Source: Salinivirgaceae bacterium (GTDB taxonomy: Bacteria; Bacteroidota; Bacteroidia; Bacteroidales; SZUA-534). From it: a stretch of 53,058 nucleotides of DNA. Location: assembly GCA_024405635.1 (NCBI GenBank), contig JAKSOL010000022.1:1-53058 (forward strand). Direction: 5' to 3'. This document shows positions 15,720-25,410 of this stretch, piece after piece (positions within the stretch are counted from its first letter, which is position 1; every line of letters begins with the position of its first letter). The notes beneath the pieces were generated by a model that was not told where the DNA came from, made no database searches, and worked only from the letters and a program-made list of their open reading frames with translations. A program made the position numbers and the translations under genes.

Positions 15720-17711
15720 ATGATAGATAAATCGACCATAGACAGAATCTTTAATGCAGCCGACGTTGTGGAGGTTGTTAGTGACTTTGTGCAGCTCAAA
15801 CGCCGTGGTGTTAATTATATAGGTTGCTGTCCTTTTCATAATGAAAAAACGCCTTCGTTCACAGTGTCGAAAGCCAAAGGCATTTATAAATGTTTTGGTT
15901 GCGGCAAAGGTGGCAACAGCGTTAACTTTATTATGGAGCACGAGCAGATGTCGTATGTTGAGGCACTGCGTTACCTGGCCGATAAATATCATATTCAAAT
16001 TGAGGAAAAAGAACTGACTCCTGAACAACAGCAAAAACTAGATGCGCGCGAGGCTATGTTGCTTGTAAATCAATTTGCAGCGCAAACCTTTAGTCACGAC
16101 TTGTTTCATACCGACCAAGGAAAACACATTGGTTACCAATATTTTAAGGAGCGAGGTTTGACCGATGAAACAATAAAAACCTTTAACCTTGGTTTTTGTG
16201 TTGACGATGGGCGCAATTACCTAACCAAACTTGCATTGAGCAAAGGCTATCAAGAAAAGTATTTGGTTGAGACAGGATTGAGCATAAAAAACCAAAAAGG
16301 AGAATTGTTTGACCGGTTTGCTGAAAGGGTTATTTATCCAATTCAAAACATTGCAGGTAAAATAATAGGTTTTGGTGGCCGTACATTGCGCCCCGATTTT
16401 AAAGAGCGAAACATTGGAAAGTACCAAAATTCGCCCGAGTCAGAAATATACGACAAAAAGAAGACGCTATATGGCATCTATCAAGCCAAACAGCACATCA
16501 TTTCGGCCGAAAAATGTTATTTGGTTGAGGGTTACATGGATGTGTTGAGCATGTACCAAAATGGAGTAAAAAATGTAGTAGCAAGTTCTGGAACATCGCT
16601 CACCACCGACCAAGTTAAAATGTTGTGCCGCTTTACAAAAAATGTTACGGTACTTTACGATGGCGATGCTGCAGGCATTCATGCTGCCATTCGCGGTGTC
16701 GATATGTTGCTTGACGAAGGATTAAACGTTAGAGTAGTGCTTTGGCCCGATGGCGAAGATCCCGACTCATTTGCCCAATCGCATAGTTCTACCGAATTGA
16801 TGGAGTACATAAACCAACATGAGGAGGACTTTATTCTGTTTAAAACAAACTTGCTATTTAAAGATGCAAGCAACGACCCTATAAAACGTGCATCTTTAAT
16901 TGGCGACATTGTTGGTTCAATTGCAAAGGTAAAAGATAGCATAGCTCGCGCTGTTTACATTAAAGAGTGCGCTCAGCGAATGGACATCAACGAAAATGTT
17001 CTAAACCGCGAAATGGGCAAAAAACTTAATATAGAATTTGCCAAACAATATGCGTATGAGCCGCAGCCTCAACCTCCAACGCTTGAACACAAAGAACAAC
17101 CAATAGTTGAAAAACAGTCGACACTATTCGATAAAAAATGTGAAGCACTAGAGCGCGAATTGGTACGGCTAATGATAACCTATGGCAATAACCTATTGTT
17201 TATTGTAAAAGACGAAAATGAAGTAGAAGAAGACAAACAATATACAGTTGCTAAATATATTCTTATTGAAACCGATGGTGAGTTAGAAATGCGTACGCCT
17301 TTGTGCAAAAAGTTTTTCGACCTATATAAGCAAATAATAGCGGAAGGTAAAACCCCTGAAAATAAGGACTTTACACAAAACGCCGATCCTGAAATAAGCA
17401 GTTTGGCAGCCGAATTGCTTATGATTTCGGAGCAAACGGTGAACAAAAAACTATGGGAAAAAGACAACCAAAACCATATTAGCATTGAGGCCGATCATCT
17501 TGAAGAGGTTGTTAAAACTGCCATTAACACATACAAAAGCGAAATAGTGATTCGTAAACTTGAAGAAATACAAAAAGAAATGGCCGAATTGCAAAAACAG
17601 CCTAATAACGCTGAACAAATGGCTATTCTTGTTAAGAAATACACCGAATACACTGAATTTAAGAAAGATATAGCTAAATGCTTGGGAAATCGCACAATTC
17701 TTGGAAAATGA
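15720..17711 (+). CDS. dnaG: DNA primase
   Basis: CPFHNEKTPSF...CFGC zinc finger, KYQNSPES and TOPRIM motifs (VEGYMDV, YDGDAAG, DPD). Confidence 0.99.
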   Translation: MIDKSTIDRIFNAADVVEVVSDFVQLKRRGVNYIGCCPFHNEKTPSFTVSKAKGIYKCFGCGKGGNSVNFIMEHEQMSYVEALRYLADKYHIQIEEKELTPEQQQKLDAREAMLLVNQFAAQTFSHDLFHTDQGKHIGYQYFKERGLTDETIKTFNLGFCVDDGRNYLTKLALSKGYQEKYLVETGLSIKNQKGELFDRFAERVIYPIQNIAGKIIGFGGRTLRPDFKERNIGKYQNSPESEIYDKKKTLYGIYQAKQHIISAEKCYLVEGYMDVLSMYQNGVKNVVASSGTSLTTDQVKMLCRFTKNVTVLYDGDAAGIHAAIRGVDMLLDEGLNVRVVLWPDGEDPDSFAQSHSSTELMEYINQHEEDFILFKTNLLFKDASNDPIKRASLIGDIVGSIAKVKDSIARAVYIKECAQRMDINENVLNREMGKKLNIEFAKQYAYEPQPQPPTLEHKEQPIVEKQSTLFDKKCEALERELVRLMITYGNNLLFIVKDENEVEEDKQYTVAKYILIETDGELEMRTPLCKKFFDLYKQIIAEGKTPENKDFTQNADPEISSLAAELLMISEQTVNKKLWEKDNQNHISIEADHLEEVVKTAINTYKSEIVIRKLEEIQKEMAELQKQPNNAEQMAILVKKYTEYTEFKKDIAKCLGNRTILGK

Positions 17712-19381
17712 AATGCTTAGCTACATTAGCGTTGATGTTGTTTGTAGCATCGCTAACATTTGCGCAAGATAATCTTCCAAACGTTGATGTAAAGTATATG
17801 AAAGCTGAATGGATAGTTGATCCGCTCAGTCCAAATATTAGTGGAAAAGTACACTATAGAATAGGAATTAAATCTTACAACAAAGTTTATAGTATTGCGG
17901 CAATTGGTGCAAACGATTATAATGTTAAACCAAGGCAATTGGCTAAAAATACCGTTAGTTTTCAATTATCTGATAGTTTAATTGTTGATAGTGTTTGGAG
18001 TATTGGAACTAAACTTGGTTTTAACCACAAAAACAACCTGCTGACTGTTGATTTAACTAATCATGTGCCTGTTTATAGTAACATAAAGCATAACGATATT
18101 TATAGTTTGGTGCATATTAATATTGCCTATCGAGGGAAAGCATTAAACAAAGGAGGCTCGTATGACAGGCGAATTACCGATGTTGATACTGTTCTTTGGA
18201 CACTATCGGAACCTTATGGCATGAAAGATTGGTGGCCAGTTGTTGACGAGCGTACCGATAAAATCGATTCGATGGACGTGTACATAACTGCGCCAAAACA
18301 ATATGTGGCGGCATCAAATGGGGTATTAGTAAACCAAACGGTTGAGGCCGAAATGCGTACTACACATTGGAAAACTCGTTATCCCATAGTGCCGTATTTA
18401 GTGGCATTTGCAGTAGGCAACTATAAAGTTACGCAGCAAAACATTTTGCTACGCAATGGTGCTACACTTCCGCTTGTATGCTATGCATATAAAAGCGACA
18501 CCAGTTATGCGCGTAAAGTGAACAACTACACACAAATGCACATGCAAAGGCTTGAGCAACTTTATGGCCCATATCCGTTTAGACACGAAAAATATGGTCA
18601 TGTTCAAATTGGATATCATGGTGGAATGGAGCATCAAACCATCACTTTTGCTGGCGTTTCCTATGAACAACTTGTGGTTCATGAGTTAGCGCATCAATGG
18701 TGGGGCGATTTTCTTTCGTGTGCTACGTGGCAACATGTTTGGATTAACGAGGGATTTGCAACCTATAGCGAATACTTGGCTCACGATTTTGAGAATAGTT
18801 CTACAAAGAGCAGGTTAAAAAGATGGAAAAGAGAAAATCTATATTTGGGAACGTATACAAAAAACGGCTCGGTTTTTCATAGCGATACAACTAATGAGGC
18901 CGAGTTGTTTTCTAACACACTCACTTATGCAAAAGCGGGTTATGTAATTCACATGTTGCGTAACCAGATAGGCGACAGCGCTTTTTTTGCAACCATAAAA
19001 TGTTTGCCAACAAAGTATGCATCAACAAGCAACAATATGCTCACTACTAATCAAATACAAAAAGCATTTGAGCAAGTAGCCGACACATCGCTTGCCACTT
19101 TTTTCAGCAATTGGATATATGGCGAAGGTTATCCAATATACAACGCGCAATTCACACAAAAGGCCGATACTGTAACCATTCAGATAAATCAAACTACAAC
19201 CCATCCATCGGTTTCGTTTTATGCAATGAAGATTGATGTGTTGCTTGTTGGCGAAAAAATTGAAAAACGAATAACGTTACATAACACAAAGCCTAACCAA
19301 ACTTTTGAAGTCGTTGCCGGGTTTAAAGTGAATGAAATTGTGCTTGACCCTGATAACGATATTTTAGGAAAAATGAACTGA
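17708..19381 (+). CDS. Secreted M1 family aminopeptidase (start trimmed to ATG at 17708)
   Basis: Signal peptide; GGMEH and HELAHQWWG...WINEGFATY (HEXXH-18-E); ATGA overlap with the dnaG stop. Confidence 0.92.
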   Translation: MKCLATLALMLFVASLTFAQDNLPNVDVKYMKAEWIVDPLSPNISGKVHYRIGIKSYNKVYSIAAIGANDYNVKPRQLAKNTVSFQLSDSLIVDSVWSIGTKLGFNHKNNLLTVDLTNHVPVYSNIKHNDIYSLVHINIAYRGKALNKGGSYDRRITDVDTVLWTLSEPYGMKDWWPVVDERTDKIDSMDVYITAPKQYVAASNGVLVNQTVEAEMRTTHWKTRYPIVPYLVAFAVGNYKVTQQNILLRNGATLPLVCYAYKSDTSYARKVNNYTQMHMQRLEQLYGPYPFRHEKYGHVQIGYHGGMEHQTITFAGVSYEQLVVHELAHQWWGDFLSCATWQHVWINEGFATYSEYLAHDFENSSTKSRLKRWKRENLYLGTYTKNGSVFHSDTTNEAELFSNTLTYAKAGYVIHMLRNQIGDSAFFATIKCLPTKYASTSNNMLTTNQIQKAFEQVADTSLATFFSNWIYGEGYPIYNAQFTQKADTVTIQINQTTTHPSVSFYAMKIDVLLVGEKIEKRITLHNTKPNQTFEVVAGFKVNEIVLDPDNDILGKMN

Positions 19382-19398
19382 TTTTACCTAACGCAATA

Positions 19399-21489
19399 TT
19401 AGAATTTCCAACTGATTTGGAATTTGAGTTCTGTTTTGTGGTTTGCGTCAATCTGGTTTGGCGAAGTACCAATTGTTTGTTTGTCGGCGTACCATAATCG
19501 GGCGGCGCGAGCCCAAAGTGTAAGGTTGGCCGTTGGTTTCCAAGTAAGCATTAAATATGTGCGAGTGCCTTTCCCGTAAACCATCGGAATGGAGAATGCA
19601 TATAGCACATCGTTTTCAAATGCGCTAAATCGAGTGTTGTACGATGCGGTGTTAAACATTGCGTACCTGAACGACATAGAAAGAGGCGCGTTAAAAGGTT
19701 GGCAGTTAACATCTTGATAAATTAAGTAGCCATATTCGGCAGCAGTTGGATTCTTTTTGTAAGAATTTACCTCAATGCGATTTTTAAAATTCCAACGTTG
19801 ACCAATGTTGTACGATATGTTGTAGCGTAAGTACCATTTGGTGAGTTCGGTAAGAGGTTTAAGTCCGCTTGTAGCAGTGCCGTCAACCTCTTTGGTTTCT
19901 ATTTTAAACTTCCAGTACATTGTTGTGTTGTGCGAAGCGGTAAAATCGGCTTGAGCCAACAAATCGTTGCCGCGCGATGGCGCATGTGCATCAGTTTTAA
20001 GCCACGGATGGCGGTAAAAGTCATAGTACATCGATAGTTTCCACTTTTTTATTGGAGTTGCTTCAACGCCAACATAAAAACCTTCTTCGTTTTGTGTTTT
20101 TGAGTTTTCGCCAAAAGCCGATGCGTATCGAGCTTGATAGTTGCGAGCATAGTTGCGGTAAATTACAGAGGCGCGCAAACCGGGAGCAATATCCATAAGC
20201 GAGCCGGCAAGTACCGCAGTGCCTCCATTTTTGCTTAAGGCAGCCTCGCCAAAAAAATAAATTGAGCTGAATATTAGTTGGCCGTCAACCGATGCGTTAT
20301 AATTACTTGTGCCGCTAAAGTTGAATTTGTTTTCTAAACCATCGCGCGGTTGCATAGGGTGGTCAAATCGATAGGCAAAACCCGAAATGCCCATGCGTGC
20401 GTGGCTACTGTTAACCGATACATTTGCTCCAACCGAAGTTTCGGTTACCGCACCTTGGTTTGCTATTTGGGTTGGGGTGGCATGTATTCCAGCTGTTTGC
20501 ACTGCCGAAAATGTTCCTTTTGAATGGGTAACAGAATCAGATTCGGTAACATTGGCATCAAGCTTAACTCGCGAAGCAAATGCAGTTGTTTTAACAGGAC
20601 CAAAACCTAAAGTGGCACCTATTCCGCGAAAAAAGCCGTATTCGCTTGCTGACGACGATCCGCTAAGTGCCGAACTTTTTTTGCGCACATCCATCACCAT
20701 TCCCGATTTGCCCATGCTCATTGCCGACCACATTAGCAAACCTTGTCCCATTTTAGCGTGATAGTCGCCAATAACCAATGTTTCAACATGCCCAAAGTTG
20801 TTAAGCTGAAGGTAGGCCGAATAAAAATCGAAGCCTTTTTTTTGGTGTCCGCGAAAGAATTGCTCGCCAGGATCTTTTTCAGCGGTAATGCCAAATCGTA
20901 ATCGGCGTTTGTAATTAAACGAGTATCGTGTAAAAAGCTTTAGTCGGTTGCCTGGATAGTATTTGTTTGGTTTTTGAGCGCGTACCGAATCGCAAACTTT
21001 TGCAAAGCCATCGGCACGTTCGGTTTGAATTGTTGCGCGCGACAAAATTTGGTTTTTGCCGTATTTAAGTGCCTGCGACAAAAATTTTTGGTTGATTGGT
21101 TGAGGTTGGCTTGTCTTTTCAACTTTTATAAACGGAAGTATGCGTTTAATGGTTGTTAGGTCTAGTTTATCAATAAGTTGCAGTTCGTATATGCTTGTAA
21201 GTCCACCATTGCGTTCAATGTATTGCCTTATGGCGTTTACTTCAAATTCGTTTATTATGTGTAGTTGGTTTAGTTCTTCTTCGGTTGCTGTATTTAGATT
21301 TAGCGGATTTTGTTTGTAATACTCCAAGTCAGTAGCCATTTGCTCAAGGTTGGCCTCGTCAATTTCTTCGTTTTGCGATAATTCTTCAAGCAAAGTTTCA
21401 ATAGCTTGATTGTCGGTGCTAACATTCTGAGCATCAGCAGCAAAAAAGGCTAAAAGCAAAAGAATTAATATGGTGGCTTGACGTATCAT
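19399..21489 (-). CDS. ComEA-like helix-hairpin-helix domain outer-membrane protein
   Basis: Signal peptide; PLNLNTATEEELNQL...SIYELQLI HhH region; long beta-strand-rich body ending in aromatic FQISWKF. Confidence 0.85.
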   Translation of the reverse strand: MIRQATILILLLLAFFAADAQNVSTDNQAIETLLEELSQNEEIDEANLEQMATDLEYYKQNPLNLNTATEEELNQLHIINEFEVNAIRQYIERNGGLTSIYELQLIDKLDLTTIKRILPFIKVEKTSQPQPINQKFLSQALKYGKNQILSRATIQTERADGFAKVCDSVRAQKPNKYYPGNRLKLFTRYSFNYKRRLRFGITAEKDPGEQFFRGHQKKGFDFYSAYLQLNNFGHVETLVIGDYHAKMGQGLLMWSAMSMGKSGMVMDVRKKSSALSGSSSASEYGFFRGIGATLGFGPVKTTAFASRVKLDANVTESDSVTHSKGTFSAVQTAGIHATPTQIANQGAVTETSVGANVSVNSSHARMGISGFAYRFDHPMQPRDGLENKFNFSGTSNYNASVDGQLIFSSIYFFGEAALSKNGGTAVLAGSLMDIAPGLRASVIYRNYARNYQARYASAFGENSKTQNEEGFYVGVEATPIKKWKLSMYYDFYRHPWLKTDAHAPSRGNDLLAQADFTASHNTTMYWKFKIETKEVDGTATSGLKPLTELTKWYLRYNISYNIGQRWNFKNRIEVNSYKKNPTAAEYGYLIYQDVNCQPFNAPLSMSFRYAMFNTASYNTRFSAFENDVLYAFSIPMVYGKGTRTYLMLTWKPTANLTLWARAARLWYADKQTIGTSPNQIDANHKTELKFQISWKF

Positions 21490-21492
21490 TTA

Positions 21493-22335
21493 TCATCTAA
21501 AAATTGAAAAAACCAAGCCAATTGCTAACGATGCAATGCAATATATGGCCGAAAGTATGGTCGAAAGGGTGAACAGCCCTGCTGTAATGCCAATAAACTG
21601 GCCAATTGCCATTGTAGGTTGCGATGGATCAATACCTAAAATGAGGCAAACAAAGTTGATTAATAGTGCAACTACAATAATTAAAACTACACCTGGAATG
21701 GAGCATTTAAAATCGGCAGGACTTAATGCCATGTGGGCCGATATGCAAACCGATAGGTAAAGAAACAACCACACTTTCCAACCTCCAATGTTTAAGGCGA
21801 GCCAAAGTTCTTTTAAGGTTGGAGGAACAAGAACAACTATACTGCCCACAAGATTCAGAAAGCCATCAAATGAACTAAAATCGGCATGAATGTAGCTCAT
21901 TAGGTGGAGTATTTCTTGTCCGTTTGGTAGCATCAGTTTAACCATAAAGTAAATAACCAACGAGCCTAAAAGTATTGGGCCTATTGATGAGAAAAAAGTG
22001 CCAAGCAAGCACCAAGGATTTTTATGGTTATAGGAGTATTGTACATAGCCCAAACAACCATCGTCGCCTGGCGAATAGAGTGAAATGTCGTGAATTCTGT
22101 GTCCAAAAATTAGGCTGAACAAAGCGTGTCCAAGTTCGTGTACGGGTGTTCCAATCCAAGCAGTTATGTAAGTGTCGGCACCATTGCCAAATCGGTTTAC
22201 ATGAATTTTGCGTGATGCGCATGCAAGCAAGTACAGAATAGTGCCAAAAAACAAAAATACTCCCATTACTGTTACTATTTGCCATAACGTAGCAAGCAAC
22301 AATTTGCCTATAAAAGATAAAATGGGGTGAAGCAT
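21493..22335 (-). CDS. Membrane metallopeptidase, M50-like
   Basis: GTPVHELGH, LGYV and HMALSPAD within a multi-TM protein. Confidence 0.7.
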   Translation of the reverse strand: MLHPILSFIGKLLLATLWQIVTVMGVFLFFGTILYLLACASRKIHVNRFGNGADTYITAWIGTPVHELGHALFSLIFGHRIHDISLYSPGDDGCLGYVQYSYNHKNPWCLLGTFFSSIGPILLGSLVIYFMVKLMLPNGQEILHLMSYIHADFSSFDGFLNLVGSIVVLVPPTLKELWLALNIGGWKVWLFLYLSVCISAHMALSPADFKCSIPGVVLIIVVALLINFVCLILGIDPSQPTMAIGQFIGITAGLFTLSTILSAIYCIASLAIGLVFSIFR

Positions 22336-22348
22336 TGTTGTTTTGGTT

Positions 22349-23152
22349 TTAGAAGTTATAGCTTAAACTGAATTGAGTTGATGACGATAAATATTGATGC
22401 GATGCAAAAGCAAATGTAAGTTCAATGCCTTTGAAAGTGTAGCCCATTCCGGCAGTAAACGTGTTTGGATGCGAGGCAAAGCCCGTGCGCAAAAATAGTT
22501 GACTAATTATTTGGTATTCAATACCACATTTAAAGCGAACGTTAGCCTCAAAATCCATTTCGGCCTCGGCTGTCAATTGCACATCTTTTGAAAAATAATA
22601 ACCTCCACCCAAACGCATGCGTGAGTCAACTCGCGAGTCAACATAATCGTCCATTTTTGACATAGTAGGATTAAACACGTGTGCGCCAATGTACAACCTG
22701 TCAATGGGTTTGGCAATCATTCCAACTTCAACCAAAAAAACGTTGTTGTCGCCATAGGCGCTAGTTTGGTTCACTCGCAAATAGTCAAACTGAACACCAA
22801 CCAAAATTTTATCGCCCAAATGGCGTGCGTATGCTAGTCCAGCGCGGTCTTCGGAGTAAAGCGAGTAGCCAAACCTGCTGTAGCATAGAGCAAAATTACC
22901 AGAATTGGTAGCCACCACACCTGCAGCTGCTTTGGTGCTTGTTTCCGACATGTTAAATTGATTATGATAATCGATGCCAACGGCTCCTTTTCCAACTTCG
23001 GCCAATCCTGCTTGGTTGTTAAACGCACTCCATAATCCAAATTGTGTAACCGACGAGTTTGCCATTGCTGCCCAACGTCCGTCTTGGGCTACTGCTATAG
23101 TTGCTTGTGCCGCCATAATAGCTAGCAACATCATTTTAAAAAACCGATTCAC
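22349..23152 (-). CDS. Outer-membrane beta-barrel protein (PorV/FadL-like hypothetical)
   Basis: GTG start, signal peptide, AMAN...NQAGL plug-like motif, alternating strands, terminal SYNF. Confidence 0.7.
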   Translation of the reverse strand: MNRFFKMMLLAIMAAQATIAVAQDGRWAAMANSSVTQFGLWSAFNNQAGLAEVGKGAVGIDYHNQFNMSETSTKAAAGVVATNSGNFALCYSRFGYSLYSEDRAGLAYARHLGDKILVGVQFDYLRVNQTSAYGDNNVFLVEVGMIAKPIDRLYIGAHVFNPTMSKMDDYVDSRVDSRMRLGGGYYFSKDVQLTAEAEMDFEANVRFKCGIEYQIISQLFLRTGFASHPNTFTAGMGYTFKGIELTFAFASHQYLSSSTQFSLSYNF

Positions 23153-23268
23153 TCCTATTGGTGTTTTAATAGGTTAGAAGTTAAATTGTTATAGTTAAGC
23201 GCAAGATAGACAAACAAATTTATCAAATCCACCATCGCGATTATATTTGCGCAAAATTTAGAAACTTG

Positions 23269-24465
23269 ATGAAAACAAAAAATCTTGTTGGCATGCTAAT
23301 ATGGGTTGCTTTAACCCTTTGTTTGGCCGTAGCAAGTTATTTGCTAATCAACAAGAAAGAATCTCCTGTAATTGTTGAGGTTCAGCAAGTTGAACAACCA
23401 TTTAAGCGAACCATACCAAATGCAAACCTTATTAGGCTCGACGAGTATTTTAGTCGTCAAGAACTGCATATAGGGTTTAGTGGTGTGGTTTTGGTTGGAG
23501 AGCACAACCACATTCTTTACAACCGAGCTTTTGGTTTGGCAAACAAGCGTAAAAAAATACCTATGACAACCGAAACTCCATTTCAATTGGCATCGGTGTC
23601 AAAACAATTTACCGCAGTGTGCATTTTGCAACTTTATGAGCGTGGGCTGCTACAACTTACCGACACATTGGGCAAATTTTTTCCAGAACTACCATACAAA
23701 CAAGTTACTATACATCAAATGTTGGTGCATCGTTCTGGGCTACCAAATTACCACTATTTGTTTGACGAGCGAGTTTTACAAACCGATAGCGCTGTAACCA
23801 ACCAATTGCTAGTTAATAGATTAGCTGAACGTAACGAACCGCGTTTCTTTTCGCCCAATGCCCGATATATGTATAGCAATACTGGCTACGCTTTGTTGGC
23901 TGCCATAGTTGAAAAGGTGTCGGGTATGCCGTTTGAACAATATTTGCAACAAAATGTGTTTCAGCCTCTTGCAATGGATAGCACATTTGCTTATCGAGCA
24001 CTTAAATCGCAAACATATCCACCGCACGCCACAGGTTATTTGCGTGGCAAACAACCAGCCTACGACAATTATCTCGACCATTTTTTGGGCGATAAAGGTA
24101 TTTATGCTACATCGGCCGACCTTTTCCGTTGGGATCAAGGGCTTTATAGTGGCAAAATTATTAACCCCGATACACTTAAACTAGCATTTCGTCCAATGGG
24201 CAAAGTGCCAACGGCTACCGAAAATTATGGCTACGGATGGCGCTTACGCGAGTACAATGGCGATAGCATTCAATACCATAGTGGGTGGTGGCATGGTTTT
24301 AAAACAACATTGATTAGGGTGCCAAGCAGGCAAATAACCATAATAGTTCTAAAAAATCATGCTCGTTGTGGAGGCATAGGTCGCAATCAGTTACTTAATA
24401 TTGTGTTATCTGATGCCCCTGCACCCGACTACACTTACGACGAACTTCCCGAAGACGAAGATTGA
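23269..24465 (+). CDS. Membrane-anchored serine hydrolase, beta-lactamase/AmpC-like family
   Basis: ASVSK (SxxK), LVHRSGL, YSN and YHSG motifs; N-terminal TM helix; TATATTTG at 23242-23249. Confidence 0.9.
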   Translation: MKTKNLVGMLIWVALTLCLAVASYLLINKKESPVIVEVQQVEQPFKRTIPNANLIRLDEYFSRQELHIGFSGVVLVGEHNHILYNRAFGLANKRKKIPMTTETPFQLASVSKQFTAVCILQLYERGLLQLTDTLGKFFPELPYKQVTIHQMLVHRSGLPNYHYLFDERVLQTDSAVTNQLLVNRLAERNEPRFFSPNARYMYSNTGYALLAAIVEKVSGMPFEQYLQQNVFQPLAMDSTFAYRALKSQTYPPHATGYLRGKQPAYDNYLDHFLGDKGIYATSADLFRWDQGLYSGKIINPDTLKLAFRPMGKVPTATENYGYGWRLREYNGDSIQYHSGWWHGFKTTLIRVPSRQITIIVLKNHARCGGIGRNQLLNIVLSDAPAPDYTYDELPEDED

Positions 24466-24498
24466 CACTTTCATTATATTAGCGCCAAATAATGCACA

Positions 24499-25278
24499 AT
24501 GGAAAAAGTTAGAGCAAAAAAAGCATTAGGTCAGCATTTTCTTAAAGACGAAACAATTGCCTATAACATTGCCAACGGTTTTTTACCCGATGCACCAAAA
24601 CAAATTCTTGAAATTGGTCCCGGAATGGGCATACTAACCAAACATCTACTCAATCGCGAAGGTGTTGATTTACAAGTGGTTGAAATTGACAACGAATCGG
24701 TGCAATATCTTTCATTTAACTTTCCAAAGTTGACAGGCCGAATTATTGAGGGCGATTTTTTGAAAATGAATTTGCGCCAAATGTTTACGCAACCATTTGC
24801 TGTTGCGGGTAATTTTCCTTACAACATTTCAAGCCAAATACTTTTTAAGATAATTGAAAACCGCGACCTTATTCCACAAATGGTGGGAATGTTTCAAAAA
24901 GAGGTTGCAGAGCGTGTTGCAGCGCCTCCAGGTTCAAAAACCTATGGCATTTTGAGTGTGTTGTTGCAAGCTTATTACGATATCGATTATTTGTTTACCG
25001 TACACGAACATGTGTTTGATCCACCTCCAAAAGTAAAATCGGGTGTTATTCGCATTGTGCGAAACAATGTTGAGCATTTGCCTTGCGACGAAAAACTATT
25101 TACTCAAGTTGTGAAAACTAGTTTTAACCAACGTCGAAAGACTATAAGCAACAGCCTTAAGCCAATATTACAAGGTCGAAAACCGCAAGGCAATATTTAT
25201 TTGATGCGTCCCGAACAACTTGGTGTTGCACAGTTTGTTGAACTTACAAACGATGTTCAGCGTTTATTAGAGCAATGA
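24499..25278 (+). CDS. rsmA: 16S rRNA adenine dimethyltransferase (KsgA)
   Basis: KKALGQHFL, EIGPGMG, GNFPYNIS, MFQKEVAER and PPPKVKS. Confidence 0.98.
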   Translation: MEKVRAKKALGQHFLKDETIAYNIANGFLPDAPKQILEIGPGMGILTKHLLNREGVDLQVVEIDNESVQYLSFNFPKLTGRIIEGDFLKMNLRQMFTQPFAVAGNFPYNISSQILFKIIENRDLIPQMVGMFQKEVAERVAAPPGSKTYGILSVLLQAYYDIDYLFTVHEHVFDPPPKVKSGVIRIVRNNVEHLPCDEKLFTQVVKTSFNQRRKTISNSLKPILQGRKPQGNIYLMRPEQLGVAQFVELTNDVQRLLEQ

Positions 25279-25285
25279 TTATAAG

Positions 25286-25311
25286 GGCAGGCTGGCTGGT
25301 CTGCCTTTTTT
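25286..25311 (+). terminator. Intrinsic terminator after rsmA
   Basis: GGCAGGC/GTCTGCC stem followed by T6. Confidence 0.75.
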
Positions 25312-25347
25312 GTTCATTGAAAAAAGAAATGTACATTAATCATAAGC

Positions 25348-25382
25348 AAAAAAACGGCTCTCCTAAATTCTTAGGAGAGCCG
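25348..25382 (-). terminator. Intrinsic terminator of the large T9SS-substrate gene
   Basis: Perfect 12-bp stem CGGCTCTCCTAA/TTAGGAGAGCCG with T7 on the minus strand. Confidence 0.9.
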
Positions 25383-25410
25383 CTTGTATTATTACCTAAA
25401 ACCTTTTGGT

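Noticed and set aside
10129-23151. 16-bp identity TTAAAAAACCGATTCA at the starts of two unrelated genes (both MNRFFK)
   Set aside because: About one match of this length is expected by chance in an AT-rich 53-kb window, and N-terminal sequence bias raises the odds.
23269-24465. Bona fide antibiotic-resistance beta-lactamase
   Set aside because: Motifs place it only in the broad serine hydrolase/PBP family; it is membrane-anchored and in core context.
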